Assembly (NCBI GenBank): GCA_027450205.1
Contig: DAIDJL010000002.1
Coordinates: 93,758-157,757, forward strand
Direction: 5' to 3'
DNA length: 64,000 bases
Origin: Candidatus Parcubacteria bacterium
Lineage (GTDB): Bacteria; Patescibacteriota; Minisyncoccia; UBA6257; 2-01-FULL-56-20
The number at the start of each line of letters is the position of its first letter. Position 1 is the first letter of the stretch. The notes beneath the pieces are model-generated. The model was not told the DNA's origin. It did no database searches and saw only the letters and a program-made list of their open reading frames with translations. Shown in pieces: positions 42,502 through 50,676 of this stretch. Made by a program: the position numbers and the translations under genes.

Positions 42502-42557
42502 AGTTTTCCATTCCGCTCAACTCCCCTTCTTTTACGAAATTCGGCAAACTCAAAATA
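42502..42557. repeat. Copy 4 of the intergenic repeat family (long form)
   Basis: agttttccattccgctcaactccccttcttttacgaaattcggcaaactcaaaata; about 85% identical to copy 3. Confidence 0.6.
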
Positions 42558-42604
42558 ATGCAGATATATAAAGAAAATCGACCTCTTTCGGAGATCGATT
42601 TTCA

Positions 42605-42750
42605 TTCAAGTGGACATGGTTGAAAAAAGTTGGAACCGGGTGGAAAGTTGGATTTTGGAGTGGGGCGAGGCGATACAGGAAAGAAAAATGGCGAGGAATT
42701 ACTAGAGGTTCCTCGCCCCTTGGTACACATGATGGAGATTGAACCCTGTC
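42605..42750. repeat. Direct repeat D1 (about 140 nt)
   Basis: gtggacatggttgaaaaaagttggaaccgggtggaaagttggattttggagtggggcgagg...ggtacacatgatggagattgaac; paired with D2. Confidence 0.65.
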
Positions 42751-43458
42751 TTATTGTAATTGGGCGAGCGCTTCATTAATCCCCTTGAGCATTTCCTCGT
42801 AGAGCTCCTTAAGATTTACGCTATCTTCCGGCCTATGTTTTGCTTCGGCCAAAAATTGCGAAACAGGAATTTGCATGTCTCGAATAATTTCCTGGCTATG
42901 CTCCTGAATGTAACGGCTTCGCCCCTTCCATTCACCAGATGCTATTTTCTTTTTTACCTCACCCCAAAGGTCTCTCATCATGGCAGCACCGCTATTATCG
43001 CCCAAATCCTCATAAAGACCTTCCGCCCATCCATAGTCCTGCGTTAATAGAGCATAATCCAAACAAATTTGAAGAGCTGGACGATAAGATTTCTCCATTG
43101 GAAATTGATCTCTGAGCGTGTTAGAACCTTTTCGAACCTGATGTCCTAAAATGCCCCCAACCTCATACAAGTCTCCCCTGCTCAGAGCGGATGATACATT
43201 TTGCATTTCAAACATAACTCCCTTGGGAAGGATTTCTTCCCCTATCCTTTGCGCTAAATTTTCTGCGCCGAGTTCTCTATAGTCCTCAATAAGCTCGGCG
43301 GCAATAGTCATCTCAAAAGCATGGCTTTCTGACGCATGTTCCACCGCTGCTTCTATTCGCTCCTTGCAATGCTTTAAACTTTCAATCAAATCATGCCTTT
43401 CGACCTCAGATAATTGCCTATCCTTGCTAGAAGATTGTTCAAAATCATTTTGGCTCAT
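42751..43458 (-). CDS. Hypothetical acidic protein (235 aa) flanked by direct repeats D1 and D2
   Basis: ORF with protein-like composition; no family recognised. Confidence 0.45.
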   Translation of the reverse strand: MSQNDFEQSSSKDRQLSEVERHDLIESLKHCKERIEAAVEHASESHAFEMTIAAELIEDYRELGAENLAQRIGEEILPKGVMFEMQNVSSALSRGDLYEVGGILGHQVRKGSNTLRDQFPMEKSYRPALQICLDYALLTQDYGWAEGLYEDLGDNSGAAMMRDLWGEVKKKIASGEWKGRSRYIQEHSQEIIRDMQIPVSQFLAEAKHRPEDSVNLKELYEEMLKGINEALAQLQ

Positions 43459-43577
43459 ACTCCTATTGTGCCCCGCTTAAAACAAAAAGTATAGACGCAA
43501 TCGAAGGTTTTCTTTCTTAAAGGTTCTAAACTACAAACATCTGCATTCCAGCAAGATAGGTTTTATCTATCTTAAAA

Positions 43578-43720
43578 TCGCCGTGGACATGGTCGAAAAA
43601 AGTTGGAACCGGCTGGAAACATGGATTTTGGAGTGGGGTGAGGTGATACAAGATAGAAGAATGGCGAGGAATCATTAAAATTTCTTGCTGTTCGGTACAC
43701 ATGATGAAGATGGAACTTTC
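43578..43720. repeat. Direct repeat D2 (about 140 nt, roughly 85% identical to D1)
   Basis: gtggacatggtcgaaaaaagttggaaccggctggaaacatggattttggagtggggtgagg...ggtacacatgatgaagatggaac. Confidence 0.65.
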
Positions 43721-43838
43721 TTAAAGATTGAGATTTATCGAGACCCCTGCTGGGAGGGCGAATGAAACAAAACGGCTTATTGACTCGTATACCCAATAGG
43801 GTATAATGGTTGATAGGTCGATAAAACAATGATAAAGC

Positions 43839-44279
43839 ATGGAAATAATCTATTATCGGAGCGGGTCTGGCTCCTGCCCAGCCAGAGATTATATGGGCTT
43901 GCGCTATGGAATCAGGAGTGGCGACAAGCAACGGGTACGGGACAGCAAAGCAAAGCAACTTGCAAAAATACGGGCAGTGATTCAGATGGCGGCAGACAAA
44001 AATGGAAGGCCAGGTGGGATTTTTTCTTCCTCGCTCGATGGATATAATTTCCACGAATTAAAAAGCAGTGAAGGTAATAAAAATGAAAAACTGAGAGTCC
44101 TATACTTTAGCTATCATGGATCGCAGCTTGTTCTCTTGAACGCCTTCGATAAGCCAGACTTATACGAGAAAGGAAAGAAGAAAAAAATTGATAAGAAAAT
44201 TGAGTTGATTCTAAAGCTGACCAAAACGTATTACGATGATTTTTTAAAGAATCCAGACCATCACGAAAAATATGAATAA
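43839..44279 (+). CDS. Type II toxin, RelE/ParE superfamily (HigB / Gp49-like)
   Basis: KLRVLYFSYHGSQLVLLNAFDK motif; 8-nt overlap with the downstream HTH gene. Confidence 0.65.
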   Translation: MEIIYYRSGSGSCPARDYMGLRYGIRSGDKQRVRDSKAKQLAKIRAVIQMAADKNGRPGGIFSSSLDGYNFHELKSSEGNKNEKLRVLYFSYHGSQLVLLNAFDKPDLYEKGKKKKIDKKIELILKLTKTYYDDFLKNPDHHEKYE

Positions 44280-44775
44280 GAAAATTAACAAGAAAAAACA
44301 AGGGTTGGATTTAACCTTAAATCACCCCGCTTATAAGAAGTACTATGGCATGATGGATGCCCGGGTGAAACTTGCCGTTGAAATAAACGAAGCGAGAGTT
44401 GCAAAGGGTTGGTCTCAGCAGGAACTAGCGAGTGAGGCTGAAACCACACAAAAGGTAATCTCAAAAATTGAGAGTGGAGATACCAATCTTGGCTTCGATT
44501 TGCTGAATAAGCTTGCAAAGCCTCTCAATCTTAGGCTTCAAATCGGCACGACGGTTTTTGTAGCTGGTCTTGAACCCACCGTGGTTAATACAAATTATTG
44601 TGCCCCCGAATCAATTCCCGCGGGTATTTATCCCCGTGTATCAAGTGACATGAAATGGGAGTCATATATCCCGACAGGTATCCGCTTCATTGAGTCCCCC
44701 GCTTTGCTACAGATAACCTCTACCGAAGAAAAAACGGATACAAAAATTGAAATTAATGAAAAAGCCTATGCCTAA
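44272..44775 (+). CDS. XRE-family HTH antitoxin (HigA-like) with an extra C-terminal extension of about 90 aa
   Basis: GWSQQELASEAETTQKVISKIESG helix-turn-helix. Confidence 0.65.
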   Translation: MNKKINKKKQGLDLTLNHPAYKKYYGMMDARVKLAVEINEARVAKGWSQQELASEAETTQKVISKIESGDTNLGFDLLNKLAKPLNLRLQIGTTVFVAGLEPTVVNTNYCAPESIPAGIYPRVSSDMKWESYIPTGIRFIESPALLQITSTEEKTDTKIEINEKAYA

Positions 44776-45286
44776 ATCCCAGATAAGAAAAATTCAACAT
44801 GTATGGTCTATATTGGCCAGTGGCGTGAGCGTTGATCAGGAAAGCAATAATCTTAGCCTGTTTAATGTCATCGACCAAATTGTAATCCCCAAAAATCAAC
44901 TGGTGGAAATGCCTATTGTAACTGGAGAAAAGAAACCAGCCATTCCGATAGGTTTTGTTGTTGTATCTCAGTGGAGAAAGCTCCAAGAAAATATTGATGT
45001 AAAGGGGGACGCTAGGATAGAGTTGCTTGATCCGAGTGGTACCATGCGACAAAAAGCAGAGTTTACCATAAATCTTCCTGGTAAAATTGAACGATTTAGA
45101 TCGAGGGTGCAGTGGGGTGGAATTAGAGTAACTACCTCCGGAACTTACATCTTCAAAATTTCCCTCAAAGAGGAAGGGCAGGACGAATTCGTCCCCGTTG
45201 GAGAAGCTTATTTGAAAATTCAGATAATCGAGAATGCTTCAAAGGGCAGAAAAATAAACGTTAAGGTGCGCAAAAGGACTAAATAG
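44756..45286 (+). CDS. Hypothetical protein
   Basis: 176-aa ORF; start ambiguous (MKKPMPKSQ). Confidence 0.35.
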   Translation: MKKPMPKSQIRKIQHVWSILASGVSVDQESNNLSLFNVIDQIVIPKNQLVEMPIVTGEKKPAIPIGFVVVSQWRKLQENIDVKGDARIELLDPSGTMRQKAEFTINLPGKIERFRSRVQWGGIRVTTSGTYIFKISLKEEGQDEFVPVGEAYLKIQIIENASKGRKINVKVRKRTK

Positions 45287-45325
45287 CCGAGCGCTAGAAA
45301 TCTTCTAGCGATTCTGTGCGTTGAA

Positions 45326-45811
45326 ATGAACGAGGCGATACGTCAAAGCACATACGAACGGCGCAAGGCGGCAATTCTCGCTCGCATCCACATTAGCGAC
45401 TATATACGCCGTTACGCATGGGAAGTATTCGGAAACCAACGGAAGCCTGTTATGAGAACTCGCGCCGACGCCGATTATTATAAAAAAATGTTTAGCAATC
45501 CCATAGGCTCGCCTATACGCTCCCTCCTCCATATTTCTTCCGGTAATCTTTACAAATATAGCCAAGATGTAGATTATATCTGTTCAAATCTGGGCAGCGG
45601 TTTCGTATTTTATTTTTTATGCGTTTGGTGCGGCCGGAGGACAAAGTATCTTTATGTCGATCAAAGCCTTGAAGCATTACTCTGCCGGAAATGCATAAAG
45701 TTTCCATATCCACAACCCACACGACCCGAACGAAAGGCCTCCAGATATTTACGAAGGCATCCTGAGGTAATTCAACAACTCATCAATTCAGGCAAAATTC
45801 CCGCGTACTAA
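45326..45811 (+). CDS. Hypothetical Cys-cluster (zinc-ribbon-like) protein
   Basis: CVWCGRR ... CRKC; 161 aa. Confidence 0.35.
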   Translation: MNEAIRQSTYERRKAAILARIHISDYIRRYAWEVFGNQRKPVMRTRADADYYKKMFSNPIGSPIRSLLHISSGNLYKYSQDVDYICSNLGSGFVFYFLCVWCGRRTKYLYVDQSLEALLCRKCIKFPYPQPTRPERKASRYLRRHPEVIQQLINSGKIPAY

Positions 45812-45814
45812 GTC

Positions 45815-46372
45815 CTATTGAGACGGTACGCCAGTATACTGATCTCCAAAATCATCTACACAGGTAACTTTAAAATCATCAACGGTCGAAAAACTGTAAG
45901 AGCCTGGTATCGTTATTGTTTGTTGTTCTCCTGCGGGGGCAAAGGTGGTTTGTGAATATGGGATTGCTGCGCTACCTGCCGCCCACGTCCACGTGCAGGT
46001 CGATCGATTTCCGCGAGGTACAGTTAGGTAGAATGTGTCCCCGACACCCGAATAAACTGGCATTGTGTTGCCATTTGTGCTTGCGGTAGGTGTAGGAGAA
46101 ATCGGTGATGGGACGGACGGTTGGGTAGATGTATTGCTTGTAGGATATGCACTCACTACCCAAATAACGAGGCCGATGAACGCGATGAGCGCTATGAGAA
46201 GGGTTGTGAGAATGGTTTTGCCCGCCGCCTTCCTTCCAAACGCGAGCCATACACCTACTACGACCAACAGAAAGATAATAAATACCGTCATGGCGTTTGT
46301 TTTTAAATGATCTAATATCCTATCGCTTCTGCTTGTATATCCTCGCCTTCTTTCTGCGCCGACGCATAACAA
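45815..46372 (-). CDS. Hypothetical membrane-anchored secreted protein
   Basis: N-terminal TM helix (MTVFIIFLLVVVGVWLAF), Ser/Thr/Pro-rich linker, C-terminal Cys-containing domain. Confidence 0.4.
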   Translation of the reverse strand: MLCVGAERRRGYTSRSDRILDHLKTNAMTVFIIFLLVVVGVWLAFGRKAAGKTILTTLLIALIAFIGLVIWVVSAYPTSNTSTQPSVPSPISPTPTASTNGNTMPVYSGVGDTFYLTVPRGNRSTCTWTWAAGSAAIPYSQTTFAPAGEQQTITIPGSYSFSTVDDFKVTCVDDFGDQYTGVPSQ

Positions 46373-47454
46373 TCAAGTGAGTTCTGCTCTGCCTCAATTC
46401 CCCCCTCGCCTTCGCCTCGTGAGAGTGTCACTGAAGAGCATTGTTCATTTTGTGTTTGTTCGGATTCAATTTGAGATTCGGTACTGGGAGCTACCTGAAT
46501 AGCGTCATCAATTTTCTCCTGGTTCTGAGCGTCCTGTAAGGTGAGTTGGGCGGCACTCAATTGCGAGCTATACGCTTGATTAAGGTTATTTTGTTCGCCT
46601 TCTTCTTCCTGAAGAGGTATACCTCCTCCGCCTTCAATATCAGCTAAATCTTGCGCATACTGCTTTTCCAGATTTTCAAGATTCTGTGCCGAAGTATTAA
46701 CTGCGGCGGTGTCGAAATTTAGATAGGTTGCGTTTAGTTGGGGTACTGTTGGTTGCGCATAGGTTGGCTGAGGCGCAGGAGTATTGTAGGTTTCGGTTGG
46801 TTGCGAATAAGCTTCTGGTGCAGAGATGGTCAAAGCATTCCTCACTGTGAACGACCCGCCATCGGGATTGGTGACAGTGACACCGTATGTCCCCGCCGGA
46901 AGCGATCCTGGGTAACTTACCGACATTGAATTTGGCGAGGTGCTGTTAGTATTTAATTTCGCAAGACCTCCGATCATTAAAGTCGCGCCGTTTTGAAAGC
47001 CACTACCGACAATTGTAAGTGTATTAGAATTTCCCTGAACAATAATGCTTGGATTAATATAGCTGATGGAGGGCGATGAAACGGTTGGGCTGGTGGTTAC
47101 AACAGGCGCCTGTGAAGTGTCATTACACGAAGTCCCACTACACCCATTAGACGGATGAGGTGGAAGCGGACTAACGACTATTTGCTGGTGTGGGGTTGTT
47201 ATCGGTTCGGACGGGCCTGTTGGAGTAGTCGCTGATCCAGCGGTGAGCGCGGTGGATGTTTTTTGTGTGGACGGCGAGGTAGTTGCTTCTGGTGATGATG
47301 TTGAGTTCGCCTGTTGAACAGCGATTTGAGAAGTTTGACTAATTGGGGTCGTTGTAACGTTTTGAGGTGCCGCAGAAATAAACCCAATCAAAGAGACTAG
47401 GCCAACAAACGAGATGATTGCTTTATGGAATAACGAGCCAAAGAAATTGACCAT
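46312..47454 (-). CDS. Secreted Ser/Thr/Pro-rich surface protein with an IPT/TIG-like domain
   Basis: Signal/TM N-terminus; NPSIIVQGNSNTLTIVGSGFQNGATLMIGG ... GVTVTNPDGGSF; acidic Q/E-rich C-terminus. Confidence 0.55.
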   Translation of the reverse strand: MVNFFGSLFHKAIISFVGLVSLIGFISAAPQNVTTTPISQTSQIAVQQANSTSSPEATTSPSTQKTSTALTAGSATTPTGPSEPITTPHQQIVVSPLPPHPSNGCSGTSCNDTSQAPVVTTSPTVSSPSISYINPSIIVQGNSNTLTIVGSGFQNGATLMIGGLAKLNTNSTSPNSMSVSYPGSLPAGTYGVTVTNPDGGSFTVRNALTISAPEAYSQPTETYNTPAPQPTYAQPTVPQLNATYLNFDTAAVNTSAQNLENLEKQYAQDLADIEGGGGIPLQEEEGEQNNLNQAYSSQLSAAQLTLQDAQNQEKIDDAIQVAPSTESQIESEQTQNEQCSSVTLSRGEGEGGIEAEQNSLDCYASAQKEGEDIQAEAIGY

Positions 47455-47716
47455 GTTGATTCGTTAAGTTCTCGACTGGCGAACAAAAAGCTCCCAGCCA
47501 GCGATGCCTTTCGACACCCATATCCCTTTCGAGATATGACCGTTCATGGCGCTCTGACTAGGAGCTTTTTACCATGAACGGTATTTTGCGCCATGCACCA
47601 TCTTTGGCTGATAAACAGCTAGATAACAGTGTTTAGGCGACTGTATTAAATTGTTCCTTCAATATAGCACCAACTGAGCCTCTTGGTAAATGCGCACGAT
47701 TGTTTATAATATAGCC

Positions 47717-47989
47717 ATGCATTTCCCCGATCGTGCTGTACATTGTCCCGGATGCGGTAAGGTTATGGGGCGTTATAACCCCGAGAAGCCTTCGCCTTTG
47801 AAGTGTAGAAATCCTCGCTGTAAAGCTGAATTAGAGGTAACGATTATCAAAATGACCAAAGATGGGTCAGGAGCGGAATACATGAATTTTACGACCAGGG
47901 GAACGACAGCGAACTTAGTAACAACAAACCCCTCAGTTGACAATCCTTCAAATGGGTATATTATTACCAGCGAGGGGTTAGATAAATAA
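47717..47989 (+). CDS. Zinc-ribbon small protein
   Basis: CPGCGKVMG ... CRNPRCKAE; TATAAT immediately upstream; terminator at 48053-48107. Confidence 0.4.
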   Translation: MHFPDRAVHCPGCGKVMGRYNPEKPSPLKCRNPRCKAELEVTIIKMTKDGSGAEYMNFTTRGTTANLVTTNPSVDNPSNGYIITSEGLDK

Positions 47990-48309
47990 GTTTGAAAATT
48001 AGCTCGGTTTAAGAGGCGCTCAACCGGATACGATTGCCTGAGCGCGATAAAAAGACCTTTGGTAAGAGCATGTAGATTACATGCCCCCTGCCGGAGGTCT
48101 TTTTTTGTTTCTCCACGCCGAGCCATGCACGATGCTATCACTGGAAAAATTAAAGGAATTAGATACAGAAAATGACCTCTCGGACGAGGAACTTCTTGAG
48201 GTGCGCGCTGCTCTTGATCCCATTCTCGAAAAAATCCTAAATCATTATTTTGATAGCCTTTCAGAATAAACATCTTGCTATATTACAACTAAGCGGTTAG
48301 AATAAGAAT

Positions 48310-48462
48310 ATGGATAAAAAGACGATCAGTAAGGTTATGCGGGAAATGGGACGCCGCGGAGGGCTTGCATCCGTAAATGCCCGTAAGAAAAGCGGGAAAA
48401 TGAAGGAGTGGTCTCAAAATGCTATTAAGGCCCGACGCCGGAAGAAGAATAAAAAAACATGA
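48310..48462 (+). CDS. Small basic protein (50 aa) translationally coupled (ATGA) to the serine recombinase; possible recombination directionality / DNA-binding factor
   Basis: MDKKTISKVMREMGRRGGLASVNARKKSGKMKEWSQNAIKARRRKKNKKT; TTGCTA-17-TAGAAT promoter at 48277-48305; absent from the ORF track because it is under 60 aa. Confidence 0.4.
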   Translation: MDKKTISKVMREMGRRGGLASVNARKKSGKMKEWSQNAIKARRRKKNKKT

Positions 48463-50042
48463 GCGAACTTCACGCCTTAATTTACTGCCGCGTCTCATCT
48501 GAGCGACAAAAGAACGAGGGCCACGGCCTCGACAGCCAAGAGCAACGTTGCCGTCTTTATTGCGGCCAAAAGCAATACAAGGTTGAGCGTGTCTTTAGGG
48601 ATAGCTTTACGGGGGCCGGAGATTTTATGGAACGCCCAGCGATGGGAGAATTGCTCGCCTACCTCGACAAGCATCCGCACAGGGATGATTACGTTGTCGT
48701 TTTCGATGACCTCAAGCGATTTGCCCGCGACACCGTTTTTCATTTAAAGCTCCGGCGTGAATTTAAGGCACGGGGCGTTAAAGTGGAGTGCCTCAATTAT
48801 AAATTCGACGAATCCGAAGAGGGTGAATTTATCGAAACCGTTTTAGCCGCACAGGGCGAGCTTGAACGGAAACAGAATCGCCGCCAAGTTATCCAGAAGC
48901 AAAAGGCGCGCCTTGAAGCTGGCTATTGGCCTTTCTGTCCGCCGCCTGGCTATCGTCAGCCCAAGACGGTGGCTCATGGAAAACTTCTTACGCCATACGA
49001 GCCGGAAGCCACGATCGTGAGAACAGCCCTTGAGGGATTTGCGACAGATCGGTTTGAGACGCAAGCGGACATGGCCCGCTACTTGGGAGAACAAAACTTC
49101 ATCGGCAAAAGCAGGGTTCCCTTCCAGCTAGCAAATCGTCTCTTGGCCCGCGTATGGATATATGCCGGATTTATCCAATATGAGCCGTGGGAGGTAGTAC
49201 GACGGCAGGGCCACCATGAGCCAATCATCGACCTAGCGGCTTATCATAAGATTTTACGAAAGCTCGAAGGTCGCAGTCCGGTAAGGACGAGGGTAGATAT
49301 GCGCGAGGACTTTCCTTTACGCCACACACAGATCGCATGTGGCAATTGTGGTCGGCCCTTTACTGCTTCATATACGACCAAGAAAAAGGGCTATAGGCGG
49401 CCTTATTATCGTTGCGCCAATACTGCATGCCCTGAACACACAAAGAGCATCCCTGTCGAGCTTATAGAAACACAATTTAAAACCATGTTGCAGGAGATCC
49501 GCCCGAAGCCCCTCATCCTCAAAATCAGCGAAGCGATGCTCTACGAGAAATGGGAGCGGCGTGTGTCCGAGCGGGCTAATGCCGAAAAGAAAGAGGTTGG
49601 CGAAATTGCAGGGATTCAGGCAGAAATACACGACCTCTCAAAGCTTGCACGGAAAGCGACCAGTGAACGCGTCCGGCGGGAGTATGAGAAGCAGATCGAG
49701 GAACTAGCGGCGAAGGAGGAAAAATTGGCGGAGAAAAATGATCCTACAAAGAAGCCAAAAATTGAGTTTAGAACCGCTCTACAAATGGTATTCGATTACC
49801 TAAAAGACCCATATTCTAAATGGGTTGAGGGCGATTTGAGTGAGAAAAATCTGGTGCTGAACCTCGTTTTTGAGGGTCTCGTTTTCTATGACCGAGGATT
49901 TGGATTTAGAACCGCTCTTTTGTGCCTTCCTTTAAGGGTTTTTGAGCATTTTACTACCTCTAAATCACAGGGTGTGGAAGCGGGCGGAATCGAACCGCCG
50001 TGTAAAGATAATGCCGATGGGCCGTCTACGAGCGTAGTTTAG
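48459..50042 (+). CDS. Large serine recombinase (resolvase/invertase N-terminal domain + recombinase domain + zinc ribbon)
   Basis: YCRVSSERQ catalytic serine motif, CGNCG ... C ... C zinc ribbon, coiled coil; 527 aa. Confidence 0.85.
   Translation: MSELHALIYCRVSSERQKNEGHGLDSQEQRCRLYCGQKQYKVERVFRDSFTGAGDFMERPAMGELLAYLDKHPHRDDYVVVFDDLKRFARDTVFHLKLRREFKARGVKVECLNYKFDESEEGEFIETVLAAQGELERKQNRRQVIQKQKARLEAGYWPFCPPPGYRQPKTVAHGKLLTPYEPEATIVRTALEGFATDRFETQADMARYLGEQNFIGKSRVPFQLANRLLARVWIYAGFIQYEPWEVVRRQGHHEPIIDLAAYHKILRKLEGRSPVRTRVDMREDFPLRHTQIACGNCGRPFTASYTTKKKGYRRPYYRCANTACPEHTKSIPVELIETQFKTMLQEIRPKPLILKISEAMLYEKWERRVSERANAEKKEVGEIAGIQAEIHDLSKLARKATSERVRREYEKQIEELAAKEEKLAEKNDPTKKPKIEFRTALQMVFDYLKDPYSKWVEGDLSEKNLVLNLVFEGLVFYDRGFGFRTALLCLPLRVFEHFTTSKSQGVEAGGIEPPCKDNADGPSTSVV
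49976..50003 (-). other. tRNA 3'-end-like fragment (T arm plus acceptor strand) embedded in the recombinase 3' end
   Basis: Minus strand reads ggcgg-ttcgatt-ccgcc-cgcttcc-a; no matching 5' half was found. Confidence 0.4.
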
Positions 50043-50406
50043 CGATGCTAAGCGAAGTGATCATATTTTCACGCCAAGCGTATGATCGTCAACCTGACGC
50101 TAGTCCCCTTATATAAGACCGGTATCGATCCAAGGAACCCGGATCGGCCGATCCCTCCGGTTATGCGTTAAGCAAAAGCGAAGGCTGGAACTCGATTAGA
50201 GTTGGCAGTGTAGATTGTGCAGCGATGACGACGCTGCCAACGGCTCGCAAACCCATGGATTATCTTTATCGAAGCCAATGCGCTCCCGAATATCGTGCCT
50301 TCGATAAGGCTGCCGCTATTATACCACGAATAATGCTAGAATAAAAGTATGCAAATATGCTGCACCAAAGGTCGAAGAGTTTAAAGCTAATGATTTTTTA
50401 ATCTTT

Positions 50407-50616
50407 ATGGAAGAAGAGAAAATGGCAGGAAAGGGCATGGTCTGCAAGTGCCCGCACCACAGAACGATACCCTGGCTCATCATCCTCATCGGCGTTGATT
50501 TCCTTCTGGGGGCGATGAACGTTCTCACCTGGAGCTTCGTGGACATCACGTGGCCGATCCTCGTGATCATCGTCGGGATCATAAAACTGATGCGTTGCAA
50601 TTGCTGCAGCAAATAA
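50407..50616 (+). CDS. Small Cys-rich membrane protein
   Basis: CKCPHH ... CNCCSK, two TM helices, bidirectional terminator downstream. Confidence 0.4.
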   Translation: MEEEKMAGKGMVCKCPHHRTIPWLIILIGVDFLLGAMNVLTWSFVDITWPILVIIVGIIKLMRCNCCSK

Positions 50617-50670
50617 AAAAATCCCCTTCGCTGGACAGTCCACGTTGGAAGCGAAGGGGGTTTTTTATTT
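50611..50670. terminator. Bidirectional Rho-independent terminator
   Basis: ccccttcgct ... agcgaagggg stem flanked by an A-run and a T-run. Confidence 0.55.
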
Positions 50671-50676
50671 CTTCCG

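Larger units (their letters stand above)
39611..50330. mobile_element. AT-rich accessory island carrying a large serine recombinase, a HigB/HigA-like TA pair, a wHTH-HATPase-STAS regulator, secreted proteins and dispersed repeats; boundaries approximate
   Basis: Sharp drop in G+C relative to both flanks (by eye). The recombinase sits at the right end with a tRNA 3'-like fragment. Nearly all genes are ORFans and there are no core genes. Confidence 0.5.

Noticed and set aside
42605-43720. D1/D2 repeats as a diversity-generating retroelement TR/VR pair
   Set aside because: Mismatches between the copies are not confined to adenines and no reverse transcriptase gene is present in the window.
43572-44054. 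160-aa minus-strand ORF
   Set aside because: Overlaps repeat D2 and the HigB-like toxin gene on the opposite strand; Cys/His/Pro-rich artefactual composition.
49976-50060. A complete minus-strand tRNA overlapping the recombinase 3' end
   Set aside because: Only the T arm and 3' acceptor strand are present; no complementary 5' acceptor strand (GGAAGCG) or anticodon arm could be built from the upstream sequence.
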